64,000 bases of DNA from Eledone cirrhosa. Taxonomy: Eukaryota. A program made the translations under genes and the position numbers. Of the stretch, positions 46,335 to 60,471 are shown piece after piece (position 1 is the first letter of the stretch; each line of letters opens with the position of its first letter). The stretch spans positions 7,378,001-7,442,000 of the forward strand of contig OZ024748.1 of the NCBI GenBank assembly GCA_964016885.1, in the 5' to 3' direction. The notes beneath the pieces were generated by a model. It saw nothing but the letters and a program-made list of their open reading frames with translations, searched no databases and was not told where the DNA came from.

Positions 46335-46665
46335 ATAAATTTACGTGTTGGTCAGAATGTCTAAATATAAATATGTATGTGTGCAAATATGACTGCCTGA
46401 CTGTGTATGTATGTGTGTGTTTAAGTCTCTGTGTGTCTGAGTGTATGTATGTGTGTGTGTATGTGAGTCTGTGTATATGTATGTATATGTGTGTGTGTGT
46501 AAGGGGAGGTAAACAAGTTGACAATTAATAATTATTACCAGAATTACTGCTGTTTTTAATATAGACGGAGACAATAAAATGCTTTAATTTCAAAACTATA
46601 TAACACTAAATCAATGACTTATTAACAGCTTTTCATGTCTCTCTCTTCTTAACTGATACACACAG

Positions 46666-48236
46666 TTGGTGGAGGTGGTGGTGGTGGTGGTGGTGCGGCT
46701 GGTGGTGGTGGTGGGTGTGGTGGTGGGAATGGTTGTGGTGGGGCGATGTTGATGGTAGTGGTGGTGGTGGTGGTGGTGGTGGTGGGAATGGTTGTGGTGG
46801 GGCGATGTTGATGGTAGTGGTGGTGGTGGTGCGGCTGGTGGTGGTGGTAGTGGTGGTGGTGGGTGTGGTGGTGGGAATGGTTGTGGTGGGGCGATGGTGG
46901 TGGTAGTGGTGGTGGTGGTGGTGGTGGTGCGGCTGGTGGTGGTGGTGGTGGTGGTGGTGGTGGTGGTGGGTGTGGTGGTGGGAATGGTTGTGGTGGGGCG
47001 ATGTTGATGGTAGTGGTGGTGGTGGTGGTGGTGGTGGTAGTGGTGGGTGTGGTGGTGGGAATGGTTGTGGTGGGGCGATGTTGATGGTAGTGGTGGTGGT
47101 GGTGCGTCTGGTGGTGGTGAGGGTGGTGGTGGTGCGGCTGGTGGTGGTGGTGGGTGTGGTGGTGGGAATGGTTGTGGTGGGGCGATGGTGATGGTAGTGG
47201 TGGTGGTGGTGATGGTGGGTGTGGTGGTGGTGGGTGTGGTGGTGGGAATGGTTGTGGTGGGGCGATGTTGATGGTAGTGGTGGTGGTGGTGGTGGTGCGG
47301 CTGGTGGTGGTGGTGGTGGTGGGTGTGGTGGTGGGAATGGTTGTGGTGGGGCGATGTTGATGGTAGTGGTGGTGGTGGTGCGGCTGGTGGTGGTGGTGGT
47401 GGTGGGTGTGGTGGTGGGAATGGTTGTGGTGGGGCGATGTTGATGGTAGTGGTGGTGGTGGTGGTGGTGGTGCGGCTGGTGGTGGTGGTGGTGGTGATGG
47501 GTGTGGTGGTGGGAATGGTTGTGGTGGGGCGATGTTGATGGTAGTGGTGGTGGTGGTGGTGGTGGTGCGGCTGGTGGTGGTGGTGGTGGTGGGTGTGGTG
47601 GTGGGAATGGTTGTGGTGGGGCGATGTTGATGGTAGTGGTGGTGGTGGTGGTGGTGGTGCGGCTGGTGGTGGTGGTGGTGGTGGGTGTGGTGGTGGGAAT
47701 GGTTGTGGTGGGGCGATGTTGATGGTAGTGGTGGTGGTGGTGGTGGTGGTGCGGCTGGTGGTGGTGGTGGTGGTGGTGGGTGTGGTGGTGGGAATGGTTG
47801 TGGTGGGGCGATGTTGATGGTAGTGGTGGTGGTGGTGGTGGTGGTGGTGGTGGTGGTGCGGCTGGTGGTGGTGGTGGTGGTGGGTGTGGTGGTGGGAATG
47901 GTTGTGGTGGGGCGATGGTGATGGTAGTGGTGGTGGTGGTGGTGGTGGTGGTGGTGGTGCGGCTGGTGGTGGTGGTGGTGGTGGTGGTGGTGGTGCGGCT
48001 GGTGGTGGTGGTGGTGGTGGTGGGTGTGGTGGTGGGAATGGTTGTGGTGGGGCGATGTTGATGGTAGTGGTGGTGGTGGTGGTGGTGCGGCTGGTGGTGG
48101 TGGTGGTGGTGGTGGTGGGTGTGGTGGTGGGAATGGTTGTGGTGGGGCAATGGTGATGGTAGTGGTGGTGGTCGTGGTGGGTGTGGTAGTGGGAATGGTG
48201 GTGGTGGTGGGGTGATGGTGATGGTAGTGATGGTGG
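46666..48236. repeat. G-rich (GGT)n-based minisatellite, about 16 units of roughly 70-140 bp
   Basis: Constant core gggtgtggtggtgggaatggttgtggtggggcgatgttgatggtagt with variable GGT runs and gcggct. Confidence 0.95.
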
Positions 48237-48365
48237 AGCTGGTTGGTATCCGTGGTATTGGTGTGGACGTTGTTGTGAGGTAGAGACAGAAATGTAAAGA
48301 GACAGAAATAGTGAGACAATGAGAACATGATTTTATATGAGAAACAGAGACAGAGAGGGAGAGAG

Positions 48366-48397
<32 letters not shown>

Positions 48398-49469
48398 TGA
48401 GTGTGTGAGAGAGGGAGGGGGAGTGAGTGTGTGAGAGAGAAAGAAGGGAGAGAAAGAGAGAAACTAAACCAATAATATAGTTATAAAAAACATTATTATT
48501 TTCTTAGTCTCTGTTATAGAATTTATTTTACACAAAATATATAAAAAAAACATACACCCTCTATCGTCCTGTACCGTCTTTAATGTTTTCTTAATGTGAA
48601 CCCTGTGTGGCTAATAAAGAATCATCCTGCCTAGATTAACTTTGTCTTTCATCCTTACAAGGGCGATAAAATAAAGTACCAGTAACCCACTGGGGTCGAT
48701 TTAATCGACTTTCCCCTACACCCAAGAATTGTTGACCTTGTGCCAAATGTAGAAACCACTAGCCTTCTTAGCCTCTGGGGCGGTGATTTGGCAGTATCGG
48801 TAGAGGGTCAGACACCATGCTTTGCAGCATAGGAGTTATGGCCCTTTTCATTCTGAGTTCAAATCCCGTTCATTTTACACAGAAAAAAACACTGTACCGT
48901 CTTGTGACGTGCTGTACCGTCTTGTACCGTCTTGTACCGTCTTGTACCGTCTTGTACCCTCCTGTAACACCCTCTACAGTCCTCTACCGTCCTCTACCGT
49001 GTTGTACCGTCTTTAATGTTTCCTTAATGTGAACCCTATGTGGCTAATAAATAAACTATTATTATTATTATTATCCCCATTATTATATTTTTATCAATAT
49101 CATTATAATTATTATCTGTTATCTACTTATATTGTTATTATTTAATAGACTTTCCCTTCCCCACAATTGTTTTCCTTGTGCCTAAAGCAGAAACCATTAT
49201 TATTATTATTACAATTATTATTATTATTATTACTATTATTATTATTATTATTACAATAGTCATTACAGTTTTAGTCTCGTTTTAATACATGTTTTATACC
49301 AAACGAGTCCATTACTGTTTCAGTAATGGCTGCTTTATATGTTTTTCATCTCTTTACCATCTTTATTATTATTGTTGTTGTTGTTGTTGTGGTTGTGGTT
49401 GTGGTTGTGGTTGTAGTGGTAGTGGTTGTCGTCGTCTTAATGTTAGTAGTTGTAGTAGTAGTAGTGGTG

Positions 49470-49502
<33 letters not shown>

Positions 49503-49844
49503 ATGGTGGTGGTGGTGGTGAATGCGAAGGTAATGGAGAAGAAGAAGAAGAAGAAGCAGAAGAAGAAGAAGAAGAAATGTAGGGTGAATGTAAAAATATC
49601 AGAAGCTGGGTGGGTTTAAGAAGCAGGGTGGCTGTGAGAAGCAGGGTGGGTATATATGAACCAGGGTGTATATATATATAAGAAGTAGGGTGTATATAAG
49701 AAGGGTGTAAGGGTGGAATGATGGAGACATTATCAAGAGACTTTAAAAACAGACAACAGAGCGGAACAATTAAATGGAATATTGATGATTATATGATGGG
49801 AGTTTTGTGGGGATGTTATGCTGTTAGGTGACGGTGTATACATG

Positions 49845-49886
<42 letters not shown>

Positions 49887-50269
49887 AGGATGGCTAATCT
49901 TATATAATGTGTTTGCTTTGTTGATGCTTTTTCTATCTCTTGGTGCAACCCCTTCTATATATATATATATATGTAGATACACACAAACATATATAAGCAT
50001 ATATATATATATATGTATATATATATACACACATAAATACATAAATACATATATATATATATATATAATTATATATAGGGTTGGCTAAAAGTCACTTCCT
50101 ATTTTTAAAATAATTTTATTATTAAAATATTATATATATTTTTTTTTCTTTCAGATTAAAGTTGAATAAAAACAAGATCCAATCATGAAATTTAATTTTA
50201 AGATAAAAAAAATAATTGAATCAATTTGTAATGATGTATTAATAAAAATAGGTAAGAAGTGATTTTTAG

Positions 50270-50378
<109 letters not shown>

Positions 50379-50564
50379 TAAATCATGTCCTTAGAATTAT
50401 TAGATAAAATATATACCATTTCCTCTCCCAAATAGCATAATATATTGCTCTGATTATTTAATTTATTAATTCTTCATTGAGCCACAACGTGACTGGTTGC
50501 AAAATATATATATCTATGACTTTATGTATATGTAAATCTTTATATTTAAGTATATATATATATA

Positions 50565-50635
<71 letters not shown>

Positions 50636-50731
50636 TAATTCAACAAATATAGATGACTATCCAGGAAAAACTTGAACCGTTAAGGTATTTTTTTGTGGTT
50701 ATGTCAATATTTATAAAACAAACTTTGTATT

Positions 50732-50781
50732 TTATCTGATGAGAGCGTACCAAAGTTTTGGTACCCTTGAAATATATATAA
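50732..50781 (+). ncRNA. Family A hammerhead-like motif (element ~50635-50835)
   Basis: TTA-T-CTGATGA-GAGCGTACCAAA gt TTTGGTACCCTT-GAA-ATATAT-A^TAA. Confidence 0.65.
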
Positions 50782-51484
50782 TAGAATAAATATGTTTTTT
50801 ATAAAATATAGTTTCCATTTATTTAATATCATTGAATATATATATATATATATATATATAGAATAAGTTTGAGCTGAATCTTTATTTGTATATATATATA
50901 TACAAATAAAGATTCCGCGAGAATCGCATTTCGGCGTGCAGGAAAAGCGAAGCGAAACGCAAAAATCAGAGATGATACTGGCAAAGTGCTCCTTATTTAA
51001 AAACCAGAGCTAAACAATGTGTTAAGAAGCCATACAAAACTGAAAAGGTGGTCAAGAAGGCATTAACCACCCAAGCCAAAAACCAAATCAAGCTAAACAG
51101 GTCAAAACAAAATAAATGATCAAAAATAAATGATAACCAGACCCGGACTCCCGGAATTGCTGTTAAAATCCGATGTAGAGTTTCTGTGACACCTAAATCA
51201 AAATACAGTCTGCTTAAAAATATAAGCTTTGTGTATAATGATCGAACAAGGAATATCACGTTATCAACAGGTATTTCGCTCTGTACCAAATAAGTGAATG
51301 ACACGGCGGTAAGTTAATCCACGTGTGGAAATCACAAGGGGAATAACCCCAGATTTTGGCAAATTAATTCAGTAGGTATAAATCATGCAAAAAAATAGCA
51401 TAAATAGCACAAATCGAATAAGTTCTCAACCGAGTAGTTTTATATATATATATATATTATATATATACACCGAGTGGTTTTATT

Positions 51485-51598
<114 letters not shown>

Positions 51599-51635
51599 TA
51601 TATACATGTATATATATATACATATATATATACAT

Positions 51636-51716
<81 letters not shown>

Positions 51717-51759
51717 CATATATATATATACATATATATATATACATATATATATACAT

Positions 51760-51791
<32 letters not shown>

Positions 51792-52681
51792 GGTAGGTTT
51801 TTGCAGTTCTCGTCTATGAAATTGCGCTGAGAAAACATTGGTCAAACCGAGACTACATTCTTATTCTTGAAATAATTCTCCCCATTCCTTTTCTCAGCAG
51901 AGAGATCTCCTACAACTCCTATAATTCCATTGATGCGATTCTTCTGACAGTTCCTGCTTGTTTATTTATTTGTTGTTTTTCCCCCAACTCATCGTTAAAG
52001 TATACCGTATAACCATTATGATTACCAATCCTACTCCTGATACCCTACCACACACCACTACACAACACACCACATCACTACACTACACACCACTACACTA
52101 CACTACACTACACTATATCATTCTCTCATCTACTCTAGCCAGCCCCCTTTTCTTCCAACCATATATCAAACCTGGGCTGGACATGTTAATTAAATGACAA
52201 CGTTAGAGAATGATGATAAAGAATGTTAAATGAATATATACAAGCCGGTCATTAAAAAGGGGCAAACGAGAAGACAGGCTGGTTATGACCCCGGCTTTCT
52301 CTATATCTGCTTTTGGTATTTAGCTATTTATTTAGGGGCTTTCAGGGGGAAAATGTAAATATAATAAAACAAAAAATAGTATATATAAAAATAATAACAA
52401 TAACAACAACACTAGATACAAAAACGAAAACCAGTGAGTCTTTTCTGTATTTATTATCTATTATGATATATATATATTATATATTCATTTATATATTTAT
52501 TTATATATATATATATATTATATATTCATTTATATATATATATATTATATATTCATTTATATATATATATATTATATATTCATTTATATATATATATATA
52601 TTATATATTCATTTATATATATATATTATATATTCATTTATATATATATATATATATTATATATTCATTTATATATATATT

Positions 52682-52784
<103 letters not shown>

Positions 52785-52799
52785 TATATATATATATAA

Positions 52800-52896
<97 letters not shown>

Positions 52897-53295
52897 TATG
52901 TATTTGGACAAGGGAATAATACAAATGAGGAAAACAAACGTTAGGGTTATGTTTATTCTTTTATTATATTTTTCTACTGGTTTGAATCATTGGACTGCGA
53001 CCATACTGGGGCAAATTTTATGTTTTTGTTAGTTTGTTTTTCTATTTTTATTCTATATATTTAGTTTTCGTATATTTTTTACATATTTTATATACATATT
53101 TTATTAACACGGCAAATGTAATTATAAATAAATAAAAGAAAAATCAAAACTTATAAAGAACAAACGGAAAATAATTCTCTTGAATAAATAAATATCTAAA
53201 TATCTAAAAGCAGCCAGTTGGTCAGTCGTCCTCTCTGTCTCTGTCTCTGATTTTTCGGACCCATGGTCTTTTACATATTCCTTTGTTATATTCCA

Positions 53296-53353
53296 ATACC
53301 TGATGATATCACCGGATTCATATGGAACCCGGTCATTGAAATGGTCATAGTAT
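53296..53353 (+). ncRNA. Minimal hammerhead ribozyme (family N, copy 2)
   Basis: ATAC-CTGATGA-...ACCGG...CCGGT..-GAA-ATGGTCAT-A^GTAT. Confidence 0.7.
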
Positions 53354-53469
53354 AATAAACCTTTCAAGGATTTAGACCAGTCCAGCCTCCTGTTATTTTA
53401 GTTTATATATATATATATATATATATAATATGATAATTATATATATATATATATAATATATATATAATA

Positions 53470-53606
53470 TGATAATTTGTATAATTTTGTACATAGATCT
53501 GTTAAATATGCATACCAATTATAACACATATATGCCCTAGAAACGATCGTTAAATAGTGAACTTTTTTTGTTTAATATAAGGAATTGTTTGTTCATTATT
53601 TGTTTA

Positions 53607-53613
<7 letters not shown>
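53470..53613 (+). mobile_element. Family F copy, 5'-truncated inside the extended stem II
   Basis: Reverse complement of 26697-26850; retains GAAACGATCGTT-AAATAGTG but lacks CTGAAGA. Confidence 0.75.
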
Positions 53614-53664
<51 letters not shown>

Positions 53665-53826
53665 AATATATATATAGTTAAATATATAAAGAAATAAATA
53701 GATAAATATGTAAAGAAAAAGAATATATATATATTTATATATATATATATAAATATATAAATATATGAATAGATAAATATATAAATAAATAAATATATAT
53801 ATAAATAAATAGATAAATATATAAAG

Positions 53827-53877
<51 letters not shown>

Positions 53878-54184
53878 AATAGATAAATAAATATAGTCGA
53901 AATTCTGAGATTTTTTTGTTGGGAGTTGCGAAAGACAAGGGCTGGAACTACAGATTAAACATAAGGAGGAGAATAAATTCCTGTAGATATAGCATGGACG
54001 TTTAAGAAGTTTCCCAAGATATATTAGGTCGTGAGTTCGATCCTACTGTCTGCTATTTTTAGGAAATGTCATTTATTGTAACCACGGCCGGATTTAATAA
54101 GGGTGGGTAAAGGGCAAACACGAGAGTGTCTACATAATATTTGAGGAAATATTCCTCCATAATATATTATAGTTATAATATATA

Positions 54185-54557
54185 CAGGGCGTCCCAAAAA
54201 ATGTATACACACTTCAACAACAACAAAAAAATACATTAAAATAAATTCTGTTTATATGCGTTATTTTAAATTATGTTACGCCCCCTTACGGTCTGACTTC
54301 AAACCCCACCGAGGTTAACTTTGCCTTTCATCCTTACGGGGTCGATAGGATAAAGCACCAGTAATACACTGGGGTATTTGTTGGCTTTGTGCCAAAAGTA
54401 GAAACAATTATTTAAATCATGTAAACATTTTGGGGTGTTTACATACAATTGAATTATGTCTGTAGATAATTATATTTTTGAAAAAAGGCTGTGGATTGTA
54501 ATAAATATTGCTTGTACAGGTTATCAAAGCATGTATACATTTTTGGGGGACATCCTG
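54185..54557. mobile_element. Tc1/mariner-type MITE carrying the same SINE segment (inverted relative to 34100)
   Basis: TA-CAGGGCGTCCC...GGGACATCCTG-TA; internal sequence homologous to 34100-34435. Confidence 0.75.
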
Positions 54558-54901
54558 TAGAGTAAATACTACAATATTATGTACAGTAACCATGTTTCTA
54601 GTGGTTTCTAGTGACACAGCAATATTTTTACTGTTATATACTTTCTTCTCAAACCAACGAGGAACCCTCTACTGAACCTGTCAGTTTACTAGAAATAGCT
54701 GCTAAATCTCCCTCAAATAACATTTTTAATTTATACTGGTTGATAAGAAAAAGAACGAGATGAGCATTGCTTGAATGGTGATAATAGATGGCGCTAAAGT
54801 GCAACAATAATAATAACACCTATAAACCCACACACACACATATATATATATATATATACCGTACGTCAAATTTATTTATAAAACTGCTTATATATTGTAT
54901 T

Positions 54902-54965
54902 TTATCTGAAGAAGGCATGCCATATTTTTAATATTTTTAATATGGTATCCCTGAAATATGTATAA
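54902..54965 (+). ncRNA. Family A hammerhead-like motif
   Basis: CTGAAGA-AGGCATGCCATATT...AATATGGTATCCCT-GAAA-TATGTA-TAA. Confidence 0.55.
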
Positions 54966-55012
54966 TGAAATAAATATGGTTTTATAAATATAGTTTCCAT
55001 TTGTTTAATATC

Positions 55013-55109
<97 letters not shown>

Positions 55110-55385
55110 GAGGTTATATTTAATTTGTTGGGATTCAACAACCTTAAAGATTTTTATAACTGATGTAAAGCACTCAACAAGTAAGTGGAGTAAATACACA
55201 ATATATTAATAAATGGAAACTATATTTATAAAACCATATTTGTTTTATTATACATATTTCAAGGGCCACCAAGGCAAATTATGGTGCGCTTTCATCGGAT
55301 AAAATACAGGCTTTGGTGGCCCTTGAAATATGCATAATAAAATAAATATGGTTTTATAAATATAGTTTCCATTTATTAATATATT
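55110..55385 (-). mobile_element. Family A fold-back element; CCGATGA hammerhead variant at 55248-55302
   Basis: Tail hairpin at 55170-55191; right arm begins in the stem II loop (gctttggtggcccttgaaa). Confidence 0.75.
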
Positions 55386-55407
55386 ATATATATATATATA
55401 TATATAT

Positions 55408-55483
55408 AACGAAGGAAATGTGGTAAGGAACCAGGTGGACCATAACGCACCAAAGTACTCAATACTTAGGGTAGTAGAGTGGG

Positions 55484-55487
<4 letters not shown>
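55408..55487 (-). mobile_element. Family C tail-only insertion
   Basis: Identical to the tail at 38892-38972; ends at the arm/tail boundary; (TA)n on both sides. Confidence 0.8.
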
Positions 55488-55559
<72 letters not shown>

Positions 55560-55578
55560 ATATATATATACATATATG

Positions 55579-55611
<33 letters not shown>

Positions 55612-55719
55612 GTGTGTATGTGTTTGTGTGTGTGTACATATGTATTAAATATTAATTAGTCTCTAATACTTAAACATCTCAATGAATAGATAAAATATCA
55701 ATTAGAGAAGCTTTATTAC

Positions 55720-55759
<40 letters not shown>

Positions 55760-55761
<2 letters not shown>

Positions 55762-55832
55762 AGGTGTCTCCCAAAAATGTATACACACTTTTTATCATTC
55801 TAATCAAAGTGTATATAGATTTTTGGGACACC

Positions 55833-55835
<3 letters not shown>
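55760..55835. mobile_element. 76-bp internally deleted Tc1/mariner MITE
   Basis: caaggtgtctcccaaaaatgtatacacacttt...aaagtgtatatagatttttgggacaccctg-TA. Confidence 0.65.
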
Positions 55836-55903
<68 letters not shown>

Positions 55904-56006
55904 TTTAAAATATATTATTCAAAACAATCAAACATTAATTATTGAGTGGACAATAGGAAAACACACACACGCACACATATTTATACATGAATAAGTAGAT
56001 ACATAT

Positions 56007-56037
<31 letters not shown>

Positions 56038-56052
56038 TCACCACCACATCCG

Positions 56053-56377
<325 letters not shown>

Positions 56378-56454
56378 TTATGGATGTTATCTTTAATATT
56401 GTCACCGCTAGGTGGGGCTGAAGCAGTCGCCACTACTGATGATGCTGTTTCTAA

Positions 56455-56540
56455 TGCTACTGCTGCTACTGCTGCTACTGCTGCTGCTACTACTACTATT
56501 ACTACTACCGTTGCTACTACTACTATTACTACTACCGTTG

Positions 56541-56573
<33 letters not shown>

Positions 56574-57060
56574 TTACTACTACCGTTGTTGCTACTACTA
56601 CTACTACTACTATTACTACTACCGGTGTTGCTACTACTACTACTACTATTACTACTACCGTTGTTGCTACTACTACTACTACTACTACTATTACTACTAC
56701 CGTTGCTACTACTACTACTACTATTACTACTACCGTTGTTGCTACTACTACTACTACTACTACTACTACTATTACTGCTACCGTTGCTACTACTACTACT
56801 ACTACTACTACTATTACTACTACCGTTGCTACTACTACTACTACTACTACTACTATTACTACTACCGTTGCTACTACTACTACTACTACTACTACTATTA
56901 CTACTACCGTTGCTACTACTACTACTATTATTACTGCTACCGTTGCTACTACTACTACTACTATTACTACTACCATTGCTACTACTACTACTACTACTAC
57001 CGTTGCTACTACTGCTATTACTACTACTGTTGCTACTCTCGTTAGTACGCTTACTACTAA
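56455..57060. repeat. (CTA)n-based minisatellite
   Basis: Unit ccgttg(cta)n-ttactacta; gives poly-Thr/Leu/Val/Ser translations. Confidence 0.9.
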
Positions 57061-57779
57061 TATAGTTTGATGTTGCTACTGTTGTTGCTGTTATAGCTGT
57101 TGTGTTGCTGACTTGCCACATTACTGCTGCTGTTGTTGCTGTTGCTGCTGCCAACATTAGACTAATGTTAGCTACTGTCACTGTATGTCCTCAGAGAACG
57201 CCAAGGGAAACAACACGCCACTACATCTACCTTCTAGCGTCTCAGGCAGACCCAGAGGCCCTCCATTCGATTATTTGATTGGTAAATAGTATCATCGAAC
57301 GATCTGTTACAAAAGAGAGATATACGGTTGAGGTGGGTTGATGAAATATATTTCATTGACTGGGGACATGGACGTTAATGATGATGATGATAATGATGAT
57401 GATAGTAGTGGTGGCGGTTGTGGTGGTGGTGGTGGTGGTGATCATAATGGGGATGGTGATGGTGGTTGTGGTTGTGGTTGTGGTTGTGGTGTTGGCGATG
57501 GTTGCTAATTAGTAACTCGGAGGCTCTTTCGTTATGAGACTCATCCAACATTCCAAATACCATATACCCCTAGCTATAGAATGGAAGAAACCCTATCAGT
57601 TTGTCAAACCCACTGCTCCCTAAATCCAGTCAGTTTCTGTTCTTGTGTCCAATTAGACCCCAGTCTCCAAGACAGGCGGTGCCTTTCACTTAATTCCTTG
57701 GTAGCGAATTGGTGGCATCGTTAAGGAGTCAGGTTACCTACCCTGGTCTTTGTTTCGGATCATTGAGCTCTCTGTTCAA

Positions 57780-58080
57780 ATCCAGGAAACTGTGGAGAAT
57801 CAGATACGTAGAAGTGGTACCGACTGTGGTTGGTGCACTGGGAGTAGTTAGTAGGTTAGACTTGGAGAAGTGGTACCAATTGTGGTTGGTAGACTGGGAG
57901 TAGTTAGTAGGTTAGACATGTAGAAGTGGTACCAATTGTGGTTGGTAGACTGGGAGCAGGTAGTAAAATGTTGGATGGATGGCTTTGGAAGCAATGAATT
58001 ACCATGAGGACAGGATTGTTGCAGAAAACAGCCTTGCTAGCAACAGCAAGAATTCTAAGAAGGGTGTTGGAAAGTTGCAG
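57780..58080 (+). pseudogene. R4/Dong-like non-LTR retrotransposon 3' remnant with an internal tandem duplication
   Basis: LWRIRYVEVVPTVVGALGVVS ... LLQKTALLATARILRRVLE, typical of the C-terminus after the restriction-like endonuclease. Confidence 0.7.
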
Positions 58081-58549
58081 TCGAAGGAATGACCCAAAGG
58101 ACCTTTGGCTACTGACTATGGCTCTGTCTTTTGGTATAACATCTGCCAGAAGAAAAACGTTACAAGGGGTTTACAAAAAAATCATTAAGGACAGCATAGG
58201 ACAGCACAGGATGGTAGAGGATGGTAGAGGATGGTAGAGGACGGTACATGGTGGTACAGGGCGGTAGAGGACGGTAGTGGACGGTACAGGACGGTACAGG
58301 ACAGGATAGGATGGTACAAATATGGGTTTCTGCGTGTAAAAAGAAAGGAAACAAAAACAGAAGATGTAACAAAAAAGTGGAAATAAAATAATAATAAGAA
58401 GAAGCAGATGAAAAAGTCTATTGCTGTTGCTACTATCAATGCATCCACGTGTGAGATGTGTGTACATATATATATATATATGATAGGTAGATAGATAGAT
58501 TGAGAGATAGTGAGAGATTGGGAGAAAGGGAGTGGGAGAGTGAGAGAGA

Positions 58550-58661
58550 GAAGGGGAGAGACGGGGAGAGAAGGGGAGAGACGGGGAGAGACGGGGAGAG
58601 AAGGGGAGAGATGGTGAGAGACGGGGAGAGACGGGGAGAGACGGGGAGAGACGGGGAGAGA
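58550..58661. repeat. 10-bp GGGGAGAGAC/AA minisatellite
   Basis: About 11 tandem units. Confidence 0.9.
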
Positions 58662-58758
58662 TGCAGCCTGAACTAAGAAATGACAGAGAAAATGGAATGG
58701 AACCTGTAAATCACTGATATTATCTTCCCTTGGCTGAACAACAAATATGTGTGTGTGG

Positions 58759-58824
<66 letters not shown>

Positions 58825-59105
58825 ATGTGGGAGTCTGTAGATGTGTGTGTGGTGTGTGTTTGTGGATGTATGTGTAAATGTGTAGATGTAGGGGATCAGT
58901 ACAATTGTCTAGATGTGATAGATTTGTGTGTGGGTGGGGGCGGTAGAGTTAGATACGGTGGCGGTGGGAGTTGATGGAGGTGAGGGGGTGGACAATGATG
59001 TAAGAGGGGAGGAGGAGGAGGGGGTGGAATGGGGGGGGTTAAGGAGGGAAGAGACAGAAGGTGACAGAATACAAAAGAAAGAAGAAGGGTGATGATGGTG
59101 GTGAC

Positions 59106-59148
<43 letters not shown>

Positions 59149-59291
59149 GTGGTGGTGATGATGATGGTGGTGGTGATGATGATGATGATGATGAGGAGGA
59201 GGAGGAGGAGGAGGTGCCGTGTAATAACGACATGATTAGTCACATGTTAAACAAGATTGCGAGTGGCCAAAGAAATAGAAACGTATAAGCA

Positions 59292-59520
59292 TACACACAC
59301 ACACACAGGTACATGCCCACAAGCACACACACACACACACACACACAGAGGTACATGCCCACAAGCACGCACACACACACAGGTACATGCCCACAAGCAC
59401 GCACACACACACAGGTACATGCCCACAAGCACGCACACACACACACAGAGGTACATGCCCACAAGCACACACATACACGCACACACAGGTACATGCCCAC
59501 AAGCACACACATACACACAC
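59292..59520. repeat. Minisatellite aggtacatgcccacaagc-(ac)n, 6 copies
   Basis: Constant 18-bp core separated by variable CA runs. Confidence 0.9.
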
Positions 59521-60223
59521 ATAAATAAATACACACATACATACAAATATATCTATCTATCTATATATATATATATACATATATATAATTGTTTCTACGT
59601 TAGGCACAAGACCAGCAATTACCCAGTGCATTACTGGTATATAATGCTGTCCAATTTAGACAAAGGTCAGCAGTTTTAAGAGCTTGATAAACTCAATGAA
59701 ATCGACCCCAGTACTTTACTGGTACGTTAAAGAGCCGGAACAAATAGTGTTATATATTTGTCCGATATTCTAACAATTCTGCCAATCAATCGATATTAAT
59801 CGATAAATATTAATTCTTTCTAACATTGGTACAAGGCTGGCAGTTTCTTCGAATGTTGTGGGTGAAGAGGAATTGATGAAATCGAGTCCAGTACATTACT
59901 GGTACTGGTACTTTATTTTATCGACCCTGTAATGATGAAAAGCAAAGCTAAATTCGGCGGGGTTTGCACTCAGAACGTAAAGGGCCATAACTTTATGCCA
60001 CCAAGCATGTTATCCGACTCTCTACCGATTCTGCCAATCCAAAAATAATAAATCACCTTTACATTACTCCATTACCAAAGGTGGACAAATTATAATTATG
60101 TCTTGTAAACATTGGACTTCATCTTATTTATTGGCAATATTTGAAATTTCTTTATTTCTTATTATTTGATGTATTTATTTATTTATTTATATTCCTGTTC
60201 ATTTATTAATATTTATCTATAAC

Positions 60224-60307
<84 letters not shown>

Positions 60308-60328
60308 GTCCCCTTACTCCCTCTCTCC

Positions 60329-60384
<56 letters not shown>

Positions 60385-60440
60385 CAGTAGTAGTAGTAGT
60401 AGTGAAGAAGAAGAAGAAGAAGAAGAAGAAGAAGAAGAAG

Positions 60441-60471
<31 letters not shown>

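Noticed and set aside
50860-51480. Possible Helentron/DINE-like element (aaggggaataacccc motif, similar at ~8558)
   Set aside because: Sub-terminal inverted repeats and a terminal hairpin could not be defined with confidence.
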